Assembly (NCBI GenBank): GCA_913020495.1
Contig: CAJWBJ010000005.1
Span: forward strand, 1,731-65,730
DNA length: 64,000 nt
Reading direction: 5' to 3'
From: an uncultured Oleiphilus sp.
GTDB lineage: Bacteria > Pseudomonadota > Gammaproteobacteria > Pseudomonadales > Oleiphilaceae
This document shows positions 40,062 to 50,743 of the stretch, piece after piece. A model generated the notes under the pieces. The model was not told the DNA's origin, ran no database searches, and worked only from the letters and a program-made list of their open reading frames with translations. The stretch's first letter is position 1, and the number at the start of each line of letters is the position of its first letter. The translations under genes were made by a program, and so were the position numbers.

Positions 40062-40390
40062 ATAGGTTTGTAACAATCATTAGTTCATTCCTAACCAGTT
40101 ATGTAATTAATGAGTCATTATAGAGTAGATTAAGCTCTTACTAAAGTAGCTAGTAAATTAAGTCGTCAACTTCAATTTGTTTTGGGATGTTTGATATTAT
40201 TAGCAATAAAGAATGTAGATGCCTTGAACCATAAGAAGGAACAGAAGCATGAAAGGTCAATTTTCACATTAAAAATTGCTATGTCCATGTAAAAACCATA
40301 AATTTTGGGGGCCAGTAATCTTAATCTGGATTATTTAGCACATATGGAATTAAACTAAGATCTACATTAATGCTTATCAGGCACACATAA

Positions 40391-40846
40391 TTGAAAATAT
40401 TCAAAAGACTCATATTGCTATCGTTATTTTTTTTGCAAGGGTGTGTAGTTTTTCCACTAGAAAAGGCCAGCATTGATCGTTCATTATATTGGTGTCCGCC
40501 ATTACTTAATTGTGCTTCCACCGAGGCAGAAACATTTTTTCACAGCATACAGTCTTTTGAACTAAGCATGCCTCTTGATGAGGCTTGGCCATTAATTCGC
40601 TTATCAATAGTTGAATTAGCTCATACCAGTATCGAGCATGAGTATCCAGGATATATTTATGCTAAAAGTTATACGCCTGTCTTTCACTTTCTTGATTATT
40701 TTGAGGTGCTTGCAGTTCCAAAAGAAAATCGACTGAATGTGCGGTCATCTTCTCTTTTGGGTTTAACTGATTTGTTTACTAACTACCGAAGAACTGAGCT
40801 ATTCCGCGAACTATTGATGGATAAAGACATTCTAAAATTGCAGTAG
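40391..40846 (+). CDS. DUF1499-like lipoprotein
   Basis: 151 aa. TTG start. Lipobox LFFLQGC. Size and layout fit DUF1499, with family recall moderate. Confidence 0.5.
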   Translation: MKIFKRLILLSLFFLQGCVVFPLEKASIDRSLYWCPPLLNCASTEAETFFHSIQSFELSMPLDEAWPLIRLSIVELAHTSIEHEYPGYIYAKSYTPVFHFLDYFEVLAVPKENRLNVRSSSLLGLTDLFTNYRRTELFRELLMDKDILKLQ

Positions 40847-40890
40847 TCATGGCTTATCAAAATTATGAAAACTATCCATATATAACGTTA

Positions 40891-42339
40891 TTAATTAATA
40901 CTACCTCCGACCTTTATAATCTTTAAGGTATTTGTTCCACCTTGGGCGTTAATGTAATCACCTTTAGTCAGAATCACTAAATCGCCTTCTTGTACAAGTT
41001 TTTTTGTAAGCAGCTCGGCTACAGAAAAACGATTTACGACATTATTTGCAATCTCGCTTGCATCAAAAGAGATGGTTTGAACACCTCGATATAGCGCCAT
41101 TTTTCGTTGAGTTTGAATTGAACTTGAGAAAGCGTAAATAGGCAATTTTGACCTGATTCGAGACATCAATAGCGGTGTAGCCCCTGTCTCGGTCATACAG
41201 ATAATGGCTTTTACGCCATTTAAATGATTCGCAGCATACATAGCAGATAAGGCTATAGACTCATCAATTTCAGTAAATGATTCATGAATTCTGTGTTGCG
41301 AAACTTGGGTAAGAGAATGTCGTTCTGCACCTTTACAAATACGATCTATTGCTTCTATCACTTCAACCGGATAATCACCAACTGCGGTTTCTGCTGATAA
41401 CATTACTGCATCAGATCCATCAATTACGGCGTTTGCCACATCTGAAACCTCTGCACGTGTCGGTATCGGGCTTGATATCATTGACTCCATCATTTGTGTG
41501 GCAGTAATCACGACGCGGTTCAAAGCTCTTGCACGCTGAATAATGTGCTTTTGAACGGGGACTAATTCAGCATCACCGATTTCTACACCCAAGTCACCCC
41601 TTGCAACCATAACGCCATTAGACACCCGAATAATTTCGTCTAGTGACTCACTATCCTCAATCAGTTCAGCCCGTTCTATTTTGGCTATCAAAGCCGCTTT
41701 AGAGTTTGCTTTATTAAGCAGCTCCCTTGCTTCTGCCATATCATCAGCTGTTCTTGGAAAAGAAACTGCGACATAATCGGCTTCTATAGCAGCAGCTGTT
41801 TTGATGTCATTCTTGTCTTTTAATGTGAGTGCTTTCGCGGATAAACCACCGCCCTTTTTATTAATGCCTTTATTATTTGAAAGCGTGCCCCCAACAATCA
41901 CAACACAGTATAGACGAGTATCAGTTACATCTTTGACTAAAAGCTCAATTCGGCCGTCGTCTAATAAGAGGGTGTCGTTAACATAGGTATCCTGAATCAC
42001 CGCCTCATGATCAATTCCAACTGCTTCTTGGTGACCTTCATTCTTTCCTAATTGGCTATCCAGAGTAAAATGTGCGCCTTTTTTAAGGTTGATTTTACCA
42101 TCAAGAAATTTAGCGATCCTGATTTTAGGTCCTTGAAGGTCTGCTAAAATCGCAACAAATCGCCCCTTGTTTTTCGCAGCTTGCTTAACTCTTTGAGCTC
42201 TATCAACATGCTCTTGGCTTTCGCCATGAGAAAAATTCAGGCGTACAACGTTTACACCCGCTTCAATGATAGCTTCAAGTGATTCAAGAGTGTCAGTAGA
42301 AGGGCCGAGAGTGGCCACAATTTTGGTGCGTCTAAGCAT
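40891..42339 (-). CDS. pykA: pyruvate kinase (PykA type)
   Basis: 482 aa. [54 protein letters not shown]. Collinear with E. coli PykA from memory. Confidence 0.92.
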   Translation of the reverse strand: MLRRTKIVATLGPSTDTLESLEAIIEAGVNVVRLNFSHGESQEHVDRAQRVKQAAKNKGRFVAILADLQGPKIRIAKFLDGKINLKKGAHFTLDSQLGKNEGHQEAVGIDHEAVIQDTYVNDTLLLDDGRIELLVKDVTDTRLYCVVIVGGTLSNNKGINKKGGGLSAKALTLKDKNDIKTAAAIEADYVAVSFPRTADDMAEARELLNKANSKAALIAKIERAELIEDSESLDEIIRVSNGVMVARGDLGVEIGDAELVPVQKHIIQRARALNRVVITATQMMESMISSPIPTRAEVSDVANAVIDGSDAVMLSAETAVGDYPVEVIEAIDRICKGAERHSLTQVSQHRIHESFTEIDESIALSAMYAANHLNGVKAIICMTETGATPLLMSRIRSKLPIYAFSSSIQTQRKMALYRGVQTISFDASEIANNVVNRFSVAELLTKKLVQEGDLVILTKGDYINAQGGTNTLKIIKVGGSIN

Positions 42340-43354
42340 TGTAATACCCTTTGTTGGCTGTATTCATTAAAGCGATAGCATTATCGAGCATCCGGTTTGA
42401 GAAGCCCCATTCATTGTCATACCATGCCATGATTTTAACTTGTTTACCTATTACCCGTGTATGATTGGCATCAAAAATTGACGAAGCTGGGTTATGGTTA
42501 AAATCACATGAGACAAGGGGGAGGGCGTTATAATCTAAAACAGACGACCCTTCACAGGCCGTTTTCATAATCTGATTAATTTCTTCAATATTGGTTTCTT
42601 GGTTAACAACTAAGCATAAATCCACCATTGAAACATTGACGACTGGGACTCGTACTGCAAGCCCATCAAATTTTCCTTTTAAGCTAGGTATTACTTCACC
42701 TATAGCGGCAGCAGCTCCAGTTTTAGTCGGTATCATTGACGTAAAAGCCGAGCGCGCACGATGTAAATCAGCGTGATAGACATCTGTAATATTTTGATCA
42801 TTAGTCGCAGCATGAATAGTCGTCATCAATCCACTTTTAATGCCAAAATGTTCATCAATAACCTTTGCGATCGGTGCTAAGCAGTTAGTTGTACAAGATG
42901 CATTCGAAATTACAGAGTGAGTTGGCACCAAAGTGTCTTCATTGACACCGTAGACAACGGTTGCATCAACGTTTGTTCCTGGTGCCGAGATAATAACTTT
43001 CTTTGCGCCTGCCTTTAGGTGCAGCTCTGCTAAAGCTTTGCTCGTAAACATTCCGGTACATTCAAAAACGACGTCTATATCTAGTGATTCCCACGGTAAA
43101 TTGATAGGGTCTTTATCTGAAAAAGTGTGAATAGGGTGGCCAGATACAAACAAGGTTGAATTTTCGAAACTTACCTCTTCGGCTAGCTGGCCATGAACGG
43201 AATCATATTTCAATAAGTGAGCGTTGCTAGCAATATCAGCAAGATCATTAATTGCGACTAGTTGAATTTTATCTTGGTAGTTATTTTCATACAAAGCGCG
43301 AACAATGTTTCGTCCTATTCGACCAAAACCGTTAATTGCCACTCTAATCGTCAT
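42332..43354 (-). CDS. gap: type I glyceraldehyde-3-phosphate dehydrogenase (with some Epd-like features)
   Basis: 340 aa. [10 protein letters not shown] and active-site [12 protein letters not shown]. Overlaps pykA by 8 nt. C-terminal [19 protein letters not shown] resembles Epd as well as GapA. Confidence 0.88.
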   Translation of the reverse strand: MTIRVAINGFGRIGRNIVRALYENNYQDKIQLVAINDLADIASNAHLLKYDSVHGQLAEEVSFENSTLFVSGHPIHTFSDKDPINLPWESLDIDVVFECTGMFTSKALAELHLKAGAKKVIISAPGTNVDATVVYGVNEDTLVPTHSVISNASCTTNCLAPIAKVIDEHFGIKSGLMTTIHAATNDQNITDVYHADLHRARSAFTSMIPTKTGAAAAIGEVIPSLKGKFDGLAVRVPVVNVSMVDLCLVVNQETNIEEINQIMKTACEGSSVLDYNALPLVSCDFNHNPASSIFDANHTRVIGKQVKIMAWYDNEWGFSNRMLDNAIALMNTANKGYYNA

Positions 43355-43568
43355 GATTGATACATCCTCTAGGTTCTTACTATAACTTGTAGATGTAAAT
43401 CATACCGTCATCGTGTGAAATTGCATTGGCGCAAAAAGACAGGCCGTGTGGCATATTGAGACATAGGGCTTTACACAATTTTTCAAGATAAGTCGGTGAT
43501 CCATGCAGAATAAGACAGAAGCCAGGTTAATTAGACTGTCTTCTGATGAAACTAAAGCTTGATAAAAA

Positions 43569-44540
43569 TCACTTTCTGGCTGATTTGTTAATTCCGTAGC
43601 GATAGATAAACCCGTCTTCTTTCCAGTTAAGGCAATGAGCCATTATTAGAATGAATATAAAAGTAAAGGCTAATCTTCCCCAAAGAACGCCGGATATATG
43701 TGCTCCTAACACCATAATTAACAAAGTGTCTTCTATTAAGCTATGGCATAAGGCTAGAAGCGCCATTGAGAGGAAAATGTCTTTAGCTGACAGTAATCCT
43801 GACTCGGCTTCTTTAATTAGTAACCCACCACCAAAGCTTAAACCCAATGTGATTCCAATGATTGTTATGTTCGATGCTTGCTTACTTAGACCGAGCAATA
43901 GAAGTAAAGGGCTGAGTAACCAGTGCATTAACCTTTCAATATGCAACCACTTTAAAAAACGTAATAGTGTGATGAGTATTGTGATGATAACTAATACCAT
44001 CAGAAGTGTTTTAACCTGCTCTAAGCTCCATTCAAGCAAGTTTATTTCAGTTACTTCGGGTTGCCATAACAATTGGTTGTTCTCTTGTAAAAAATCTCCG
44101 GTTTGATAAATAAAATGGAGTGCGGCACCGTAAATGAACGCGCCAAAAATTCGTATGATTAAGGTTGCTCGTAGCGTTACACCTGATTTTTTTGCAATTG
44201 CAGCTTCAACTGGTAGGCCGTGAGCTATTAACATCATGCCGCCCAATACTGTGACTTGTGCAACAGTTAAAGTTTCATTTGCGGCTAGCTCAAAAAATAT
44301 AACCATTCCTCCATATATATTTGTCAGTATCGTTGTCGCCCAAACAATTCCCATATTACTGGGTAAGCCAACCAGTTTCATGAGAGGGCCTAGAATGATT
44401 GCAATCCACTCAATTGCACCCAATAACTCCAGCCCTTTAACAATTAATAGTGCAGGCACCATTATTTTTAATAGGGTCAGGTAGACATGAAAAATATCCT
44501 GAAGAATAGATGTTGTTTCTTTTATGATGAGGTGTTTCAT
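43569..44540 (-). CDS. nucleoside-recognition (Gate) domain membrane protein
   Basis: 323 aa, polytopic. Layout resembles proteins with two Gate/nucleoside-recognition domains. Assignment from memory. Confidence 0.5.
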   Translation of the reverse strand: MKHLIIKETTSILQDIFHVYLTLLKIMVPALLIVKGLELLGAIEWIAIILGPLMKLVGLPSNMGIVWATTILTNIYGGMVIFFELAANETLTVAQVTVLGGMMLIAHGLPVEAAIAKKSGVTLRATLIIRIFGAFIYGAALHFIYQTGDFLQENNQLLWQPEVTEINLLEWSLEQVKTLLMVLVIITILITLLRFLKWLHIERLMHWLLSPLLLLLGLSKQASNITIIGITLGLSFGGGLLIKEAESGLLSAKDIFLSMALLALCHSLIEDTLLIMVLGAHISGVLWGRLAFTFIFILIMAHCLNWKEDGFIYRYGINKSARK

Positions 44541-44564
44541 CGTTATATTCTTATCCTTATGACA

Positions 44565-45728
44565 TTAGTCATAAATTGCTGAGATCAATGCTTTATTTTG
44601 TGGACTACCCCAGCTTCGTACAATGCGATTTAAGGTGTAAGCAAAACTTATTTTAGCGTCAGGGTCTGCAAAGGCGACTGAGCCTCCATTACCAAAATGG
44701 CCAAAGCTATTCGGGTTAGGGCCAAGGATTCTATTAGGGTGTGTTAACTGAAAACCAAGACCCCAGCGCATGTGCTTTTCTAACATTTTATCTTGGCCGT
44801 CGCATTGTAGGCGATAAGCTTCTTTCAACGTTTCCTCTTTAACTAAGCGGACACCATTGAAAACTCCTCCGTTAGACAAAGCACTAAATATCCGTGATAG
44901 GCCGGTTGCAGTTCCGAAACCATTTGCAGAGGGCAGCTCAGCTTGACGCCAGCCTGCTGAATTTAAGACGCCGATACTAGACAGCCCTAAGGGGTTAGAA
45001 TAAGCATTCAGCTTCATTTGAGCATCTGGATCGAGTGTTTGGGTTTTGATTTGCTTAAATGAGGCTAATATATTTTTATCATCTGGCCAATCCAGCTCAG
45101 CACTTCGTAATAAGTTTTTATCTTTAAGCCCAAAATAGACATCTGCATCGATTGGTCCAGCGATAAATTTTTGTAAATATTGTCCAATTGAAAGCCCGGA
45201 TATACGACAAACGAACTCACCCACTAAAAGACCAAAGGTATTGGTGTGGTAGCCATGAATAGATCCAGGTACCCAATACGGAGCCTGTTCAGCTAGTGCA
45301 CTAACTAGAGTATTCCAATCATAAAGTGTTTCTTCTGGTAAGCACTCGCGAATAGCTGGCATGCCAGCTTGATGCGTAAGAAAATGTCTGAGCGTCGTGC
45401 TTTCTTTTCCATTCTGGGCATATTCTGGCCAAACATCCGATACTGGTGCATCGATACTGATATTATTTTGGTCGCAGGCATGTAAAGCACAAATCGCTAC
45501 TAATGCCTTTCCAACAGAATAAAAGCCAGATAATGTATCTTTACCCCAAGAATCAGTTTGTGCTTTATTAGCCCAGCCTCCCCACAAGTTAACGACATTT
45601 TCACCATTTACATACAAAGAACAAGCTGCGCCTAACTCATTATGTGCTTCAAAATTATTTATAAACGCATTCTTAACGGCTGTAAACTCCGGTGCACAAA
45701 ACCCGTGTATTGTAGGATTGATCGTCAT
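44565..45728 (-). CDS. serine hydrolase, beta-lactamase (class C/EstB-like) family
   Basis: 387 aa. S-x-x-K motif YSVGKAL. HLLTHQAGMP-type block (FLTHQAGMP). Confidence 0.8.
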   Translation of the reverse strand: MTINPTIHGFCAPEFTAVKNAFINNFEAHNELGAACSLYVNGENVVNLWGGWANKAQTDSWGKDTLSGFYSVGKALVAICALHACDQNNISIDAPVSDVWPEYAQNGKESTTLRHFLTHQAGMPAIRECLPEETLYDWNTLVSALAEQAPYWVPGSIHGYHTNTFGLLVGEFVCRISGLSIGQYLQKFIAGPIDADVYFGLKDKNLLRSAELDWPDDKNILASFKQIKTQTLDPDAQMKLNAYSNPLGLSSIGVLNSAGWRQAELPSANGFGTATGLSRIFSALSNGGVFNGVRLVKEETLKEAYRLQCDGQDKMLEKHMRWGLGFQLTHPNRILGPNPNSFGHFGNGGSVAFADPDAKISFAYTLNRIVRSWGSPQNKALISAIYD

Positions 45729-45928
45729 TTGAAAGTGGTCCGATAAATAATATGAGATAGCTTTTCATGATATTAGTTTCTTTAAACTACTTTGTCATTT
45801 CTGTGTACTGTTCAGCCGTAATCTATTTTTTCTACCTAAGTATTGGACTCAGGTTAAAGAAACTACCGGAATGATGTGAGGTGGGAAAGCTGCTAAATAC
45901 GCATTTAGATATCAAATGAACTTATCAT

Positions 45929-46285
45929 TCAATCAGTTTTGTTTAAGGCTGCTTTGCATTTTGTTAGTTCGACTTTGGTAAGTACTAGTTCAGAAGCAAG
46001 TTGATTGATGACCTTTGCATGCTCTTTATTGAGCATTTGAATACCTTCAGTTATTTGCTGGCTAATAAGTTGGATATGTTCTTCACTGATGTAAGGTGGT
46101 AATTTAAGCGAGAAATGCTGTTTACCCATATCGCCATATTTTCTGTAGACTTCTCTTAGTGTTTCGAGTGTAAGCGCTATAGCTTCTTCGTTTTCGCCTT
46201 TCGACGCCATTATGTTTCGTATGCCTTCCTCTAAAAAAGCCATACCTTGAATTGCTTTTGAAGGGAACTCAATAACTTTTCCCAT
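45929..46285 (-). CDS. hypothetical protein
   Basis: 118 aa from the ATG at 46285 (MGKVIEFPSK), which has GGAGG 7 nt upstream. The track's longer start at 46321 lacks an RBS. Helical, with no known domain. Confidence 0.55.
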   Translation of the reverse strand: MGKVIEFPSKAIQGMAFLEEGIRNIMASKGENEEAIALTLETLREVYRKYGDMGKQHFSLKLPPYISEEHIQLISQQITEGIQMLNKEHAKVINQLASELVLTKVELTKCKAALNKTD

Positions 46286-46463
46286 AATAATACCTCCAAT
46301 AATGAGCAGGGTATTTAACATAAAGTATAGGGTACAACTAGCTTAGTTCCAACTTTAGGAGCAACGATCACGCTATAAAAATATATTTTTGAACACTTTT
46401 TAAACGAATTTATGCTGACCTTCTATACTTATATAAAGCAATTCCATTAAAAGAAGTGATCAT

Positions 46464-47153
46464 ATGTTTAGTGATTTTTTGCTTGAGCCATATATTCGTT
46501 TAGTTATCGCAGTGCTCATTGGAGGCGTGATTGGTCTTGATAGAGCCTATCGTGGACGAGCTGCAGGTTTTCGTACACATATTCTGGTGTGCCTTGCTTC
46601 TTGTTTGCTGATGGTGCTGACAGACTTTCAATGGATGCAAATTCCGAGTCATTACGTAGAGATGGTTAGAATTGACCCTGCGCGTATGGCTCAAGGTGTT
46701 ATGACCGGTATCGGGTTCCTTGGTGCGGGCGCTATGATGCAAGATAAACAAACAGTAAGGGGTTTAACTACTGCAGCGTCTATTTGGATTACTGCTGCCA
46801 TTGGTTTGGTTATTGGTGCCGGATTCTACAGTGCCGCCGTGATTGCAGCCTCTTTAACGCTGATAACGCTCTCAATCTTTAACCGCTTAATAGATATTCT
46901 GCCACTGCGACATTACGCAAAGTTAGTAATTAGTTTTTCCAGTGAAAGTTATTGGCCTGAGACGCAAGTTAAATCAATTCTTAAAGAACACAAAATGGTT
47001 ATTAGTAACTTTTCTTTTAAACTGAGTGAAAATAAGCTTTCTTATCAAATGACCATTCGTACCAGTCATCAGAGTGAATACACAAGAGTCGTAGAAATTT
47101 TTATGGCATCAGAGCAAGTAAAAGAATTTAGTTTACGGCCAATGGGGGACTAA
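46464..47153 (+). CDS. MgtC/SapB-family membrane protein
   Basis: 229 aa. IGGVIGLDRAYRGRAAGFRTHILVCLAS and GIGFLGAG blocks typical of MgtC. Confidence 0.8.
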   Translation: MFSDFLLEPYIRLVIAVLIGGVIGLDRAYRGRAAGFRTHILVCLASCLLMVLTDFQWMQIPSHYVEMVRIDPARMAQGVMTGIGFLGAGAMMQDKQTVRGLTTAASIWITAAIGLVIGAGFYSAAVIAASLTLITLSIFNRLIDILPLRHYAKLVISFSSESYWPETQVKSILKEHKMVISNFSFKLSENKLSYQMTIRTSHQSEYTRVVEIFMASEQVKEFSLRPMGD

Positions 47154-47268
47154 CGAACTGTTAGTTTGAGAGCTCACTTGTTACATAAATGAATAGAATC
47201 AAACCTAAACTAGTGATAACGTAGATTTAACGTTATGGATCCTTTGATGTGTAGTAGAAGGAGGATAT

Positions 47269-47760
47269 ATGAATATTCTTGTTTGTACTGACCTTTCCGA
47301 GTCATCAGAAAAGGTACTATTTAATGCTGCGGAAATAGCCAAAGCAAATGCTGCGAAGTTATGGGTCATTCATATTATTAGTCCTGACCAAGGTTTTGTT
47401 GGGTACGAGTCGGCAGGTTTGTCGCAGTCTGGATTTTTAGGGTATGAGATTGACTCTCAGTCGAATTCGTTGCCAATTCGTGATTTTATTTCTCAAAGAA
47501 TTCGCCAAAGTCACTGCCATATTCAGCAAATATCTTCAAAATTTAGACATGAAGGGCTTGATACAACGGCCCTTCTGATTCAAGGGGAGAAGGTAGAGAC
47601 GATTCTGTTACAGGCTTCTAAACTAAATATTGACCTGCTTATAATTGGTTCTCACGGGCGAGGCATTCTACATCAACTACTTTTAGGAAGTGTTAGCGAG
47701 CAGGTGATTCAGAATGCAAAATGCCCGATTATGGTTATTCCTACAAACGAACGCCACTGA
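47269..47760 (+). CDS. universal stress protein (UspA family)
   Basis: 163 aa. GAAGGAGG RBS. ILVCTDLSESS ... LLIIGSHGRG..HQLLLGSVSEQVIQNAKCPIMVIP. Confidence 0.85.
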   Translation: MNILVCTDLSESSEKVLFNAAEIAKANAAKLWVIHIISPDQGFVGYESAGLSQSGFLGYEIDSQSNSLPIRDFISQRIRQSHCHIQQISSKFRHEGLDTTALLIQGEKVETILLQASKLNIDLLIIGSHGRGILHQLLLGSVSEQVIQNAKCPIMVIPTNERH

Positions 47761-47764
47761 TTAC

Positions 47765-48685
47765 TTACTGGTGCTTTCTATAAAAGCCCGGTGTTGAATC
47801 AAAAAACTGCTTAAAGGCTTTGCTAAAAGCTGCTTCAGATGAATAACCTGCAGACTCAGCTATTTTATACATACTGAGCTCTGTGGTTTTTAATTTCGAT
47901 TTTGCTTTTTGCATCCGCCAATTAATAAGGTATGTTTTGGGCGTTTCACTGACAAGCCTAGTAAAACGTTCTGTAAAAGCACTTCTTGAAAGTGCAGCCT
48001 CACTAGCAAGTTTTTCAACTGACCACTCAGCAAGGGTTTCACCATGAATTCTATTGAGTGCGGGCCCAATTTTAGAATCATTCAATGCTGACATATAACC
48101 ATGTTTTATAGAGCTATTTTTAACATAAATACGCAAAATTTGAATAAACAGTACTTCAGTAAGCCTGTCAATGATCACGCTCGACCCTGGGCTTGGGAAT
48201 TTAGATTCCCTATATAGAACTTTTACAAGCTCTTTGAGCCATGTTAGCTCTTGGCTCTCACTTGTTTTTATATGTATAAAACATGGTAAATCCCTTAAAA
48301 AAGGGTGTGATATCGCGGAGTTATACTCAAACGCACCGCATAAAAGCGTTTGTTTGGTAGTAATTGAGCTGTTTGCATCAAAGAAGGGGTTGTCACCATC
48401 AATAATCTGACTAACGATCTTGTCGCTTGCCTGTTTTTCACTTTCAGGTGTATTACTAATCCAATGAGCGCCACCAGTAGGGAAGGCAACAATATCACCC
48501 ATACTCATGTGAATAGGATTATCACGATTCTGAATTTTGACCCAGCACTCGCCTTCAACAATGATGTGAAATAAGCCGTTATCACGATGCGCAATATCCA
48601 TGCCCCAGTCTGTATTAAAATCACTACAAAAATAGGTACTTGTATGCAATCGAATTGTCTTAAGTATGTCTGCTAAGGCATCCAT
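47765..48685 (-). CDS. AraC-family regulator with N-terminal cupin domain
   Basis: 306 aa. Paralog in architecture of 33633-34493. C-terminal IAESAGYSSEAAFSKAFKQFFDSTPGFYR. Confidence 0.85.
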   Translation of the reverse strand: MDALADILKTIRLHTSTYFCSDFNTDWGMDIAHRDNGLFHIIVEGECWVKIQNRDNPIHMSMGDIVAFPTGGAHWISNTPESEKQASDKIVSQIIDGDNPFFDANSSITTKQTLLCGAFEYNSAISHPFLRDLPCFIHIKTSESQELTWLKELVKVLYRESKFPSPGSSVIIDRLTEVLFIQILRIYVKNSSIKHGYMSALNDSKIGPALNRIHGETLAEWSVEKLASEAALSRSAFTERFTRLVSETPKTYLINWRMQKAKSKLKTTELSMYKIAESAGYSSEAAFSKAFKQFFDSTPGFYRKHQ

Positions 48686-48945
48686 CTAATGTCCTGATAT
48701 ATTTTACTTAATTTGAGCGCTTTAAAATCTTATTGTTCAGATTTTTTATCATGCATATATTTGAATAATAACTTCAAACTACTAGGTATCAACTATTACA
48801 GTCATTTGTATTTAATAGTAAGGATAGATATTAACTGTTTTGTGAAATGTAGGAGTGTGAGCTACTATTGGAAAATAAAGTAAGCAATCTAAAAGCTGTT
48901 CACACTTTCGTGGAAGTCCAAGTTTTAATATTCGGTAAAGAGAAA

Positions 48946-50565
48946 CTATCCATACTTTGTAAGCAAATTCACTAAATACTGGTAACGTTTAAACTCTTTG
49001 TGATGCTTGGGGGTGTGTCTTACTTTTTGTAAATAGCCGCTAGCTTCTTCTAGTAATGACTCATCTTTATTTGATTTATATAGTTTTAATAATACCTGAG
49101 CCAAATTCAAGTTTAGCGATATGTGTCTGGGCGTTAATGGTACAGCTTTTCTTAAGTTCTGAGCTGAGTTTTCAATATCGCCATCTGAATATAATTTTAT
49201 ACCTTGTTTATTCATAACAGCGGCTTTTTTTCTGTTCTCACTTGTAATATCAGTATTTAGTTGATCATAAATACTTGAAACAAGCTCATCATCACCTTGA
49301 GCAAGGTCTGCAGCCTGCTCGAGTAGGTCTTCAGCTTCTTCAGGCTTGCCTAATGATGCTAAGGTTGTAGCTGCAATTTGAATAGATTTTGCGTCTAATT
49401 TGACCTCTGAGTTTGATTCGGCATTCATTACTTCGTCAAAAATATTTTGCGCCTCATCCAAATTTCCGATGGTTGCATGAATATTTGCTGACACTAGTTT
49501 TGACTGATCTTTAATATGAGCTTTCGATGAGAATCGCTTGGTGCTTTTCTGGACAAGTTCAAAAGCCTCTTTGACATGAGGGTTGGCCTCTGATTCCTCA
49601 TCCTCCTTTGATGTGTCTGCTAAAAAATTAGCAAAATCAAAATATTGCTCAGGTTTTGCGTAGACTGACTGATCGCTTAATTTAACCATTTTCCTAAATG
49701 CATCAATCGCATCACTTTCTTGGTTATTTATGACACATAAATCTGCAAGTTCTTTTTGTCTTAATAGGGCGTTTGGAGAAAGTGAAATAGCTTTTTTAAC
49801 CAAGGCTTGGGCTTCAGGTATATTTAACTGTTGCTTATATATTTTGGCGAGCAAATCCATTGCTTCAACTTGAAAAGGGTCTTTGGAAATAATGTTCTTA
49901 AGTAATTTTATTGCACGTTTAAAGTCTTTTTGTTTCGCAGCGATTTTAGCTAAACCATATTCAGCCCAAGAAAAATCATTAGATTTAAGAATGCTTTCAT
50001 AAACCTCTTTTGCTTGATCGTACTCACTGAGTTTCGTTAATAACCATGCTTTAGTTTTTAGACAGCGTACGGCATAACGGGTTTTTTCAGCGATATTTCG
50101 GTCGCAATATGAAATTGCCGCAGCATAATCACCATCATCAATTGCAACGTCGATGGTTCTCATTGCATCTTTCATTTTAAGTGATTTAAGCAGGCGGTCT
50201 TTTAAATTTTTGGGGGTAACAGGCTTTACTAAATATCCGTCGGGTTCATTTTCAACTGTACCCATCACTTTACCTTTTTCAACCTCAGCAGAGACGATAA
50301 AAAATAAACCGGTAAATTTAAGTAACTTTCGATAGCGAAGCTCTTCTAATAATTCTTGCCCGTTTCTGCCTTTTCCAAGCTCATAATTACAAAGTACGAC
50401 ATCATAATTTATATTCTCAAAGCCAGTAACAACCTTCTGTGCAGAGCTAGCTGCATCAACGAGTTTAATGCCTAGCTCCATTAAGGTCTTTTTTGTAGAA
50501 AAGCGAAATGAATCAAGTTCATCGACTATCAAGAAGCGCTTTTTGGAATATTCCTCCAATGACAT
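48946..50565 (-). CDS. response regulator receiver domain fused to TPR repeats
   Basis: Receiver (FLIVDELDSFR, YDVVLCNYELG, DGYLVKP) followed by about 400 aa of TPR-like helices. ATG at 50565, and the track start at 50589 is TTG. Confidence 0.75.
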   Translation of the reverse strand: MSLEEYSKKRFLIVDELDSFRFSTKKTLMELGIKLVDAASSAQKVVTGFENINYDVVLCNYELGKGRNGQELLEELRYRKLLKFTGLFFIVSAEVEKGKVMGTVENEPDGYLVKPVTPKNLKDRLLKSLKMKDAMRTIDVAIDDGDYAAAISYCDRNIAEKTRYAVRCLKTKAWLLTKLSEYDQAKEVYESILKSNDFSWAEYGLAKIAAKQKDFKRAIKLLKNIISKDPFQVEAMDLLAKIYKQQLNIPEAQALVKKAISLSPNALLRQKELADLCVINNQESDAIDAFRKMVKLSDQSVYAKPEQYFDFANFLADTSKEDEESEANPHVKEAFELVQKSTKRFSSKAHIKDQSKLVSANIHATIGNLDEAQNIFDEVMNAESNSEVKLDAKSIQIAATTLASLGKPEEAEDLLEQAADLAQGDDELVSSIYDQLNTDITSENRKKAAVMNKQGIKLYSDGDIENSAQNLRKAVPLTPRHISLNLNLAQVLLKLYKSNKDESLLEEASGYLQKVRHTPKHHKEFKRYQYLVNLLTKYG

Positions 50566-50743
50566 AGCTAAAACCTGTAAAAATTCCAAAAAGTGTAATA
50601 AATTAAGTGTGCATTATATTGATGTATAAAATTTAGTATAGGTGATATCTCATTCTTTTCATTCAAGATTTACCTTCTTCTTGTTTTACTTTGTTCCTGC
50701 TGTGCTAAGCTCGACTTAATTTAGTGAATTTGAGAAAACTAGT

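Noticed and set aside
43651-44106. 151-aa ORF antisense to the nucleoside-recognition membrane protein gene
   Set aside because: It has no RBS and a compositionally odd (S/N/K/I-rich) product. The opposite strand encodes a coherent polytopic membrane protein in an operon-like context.
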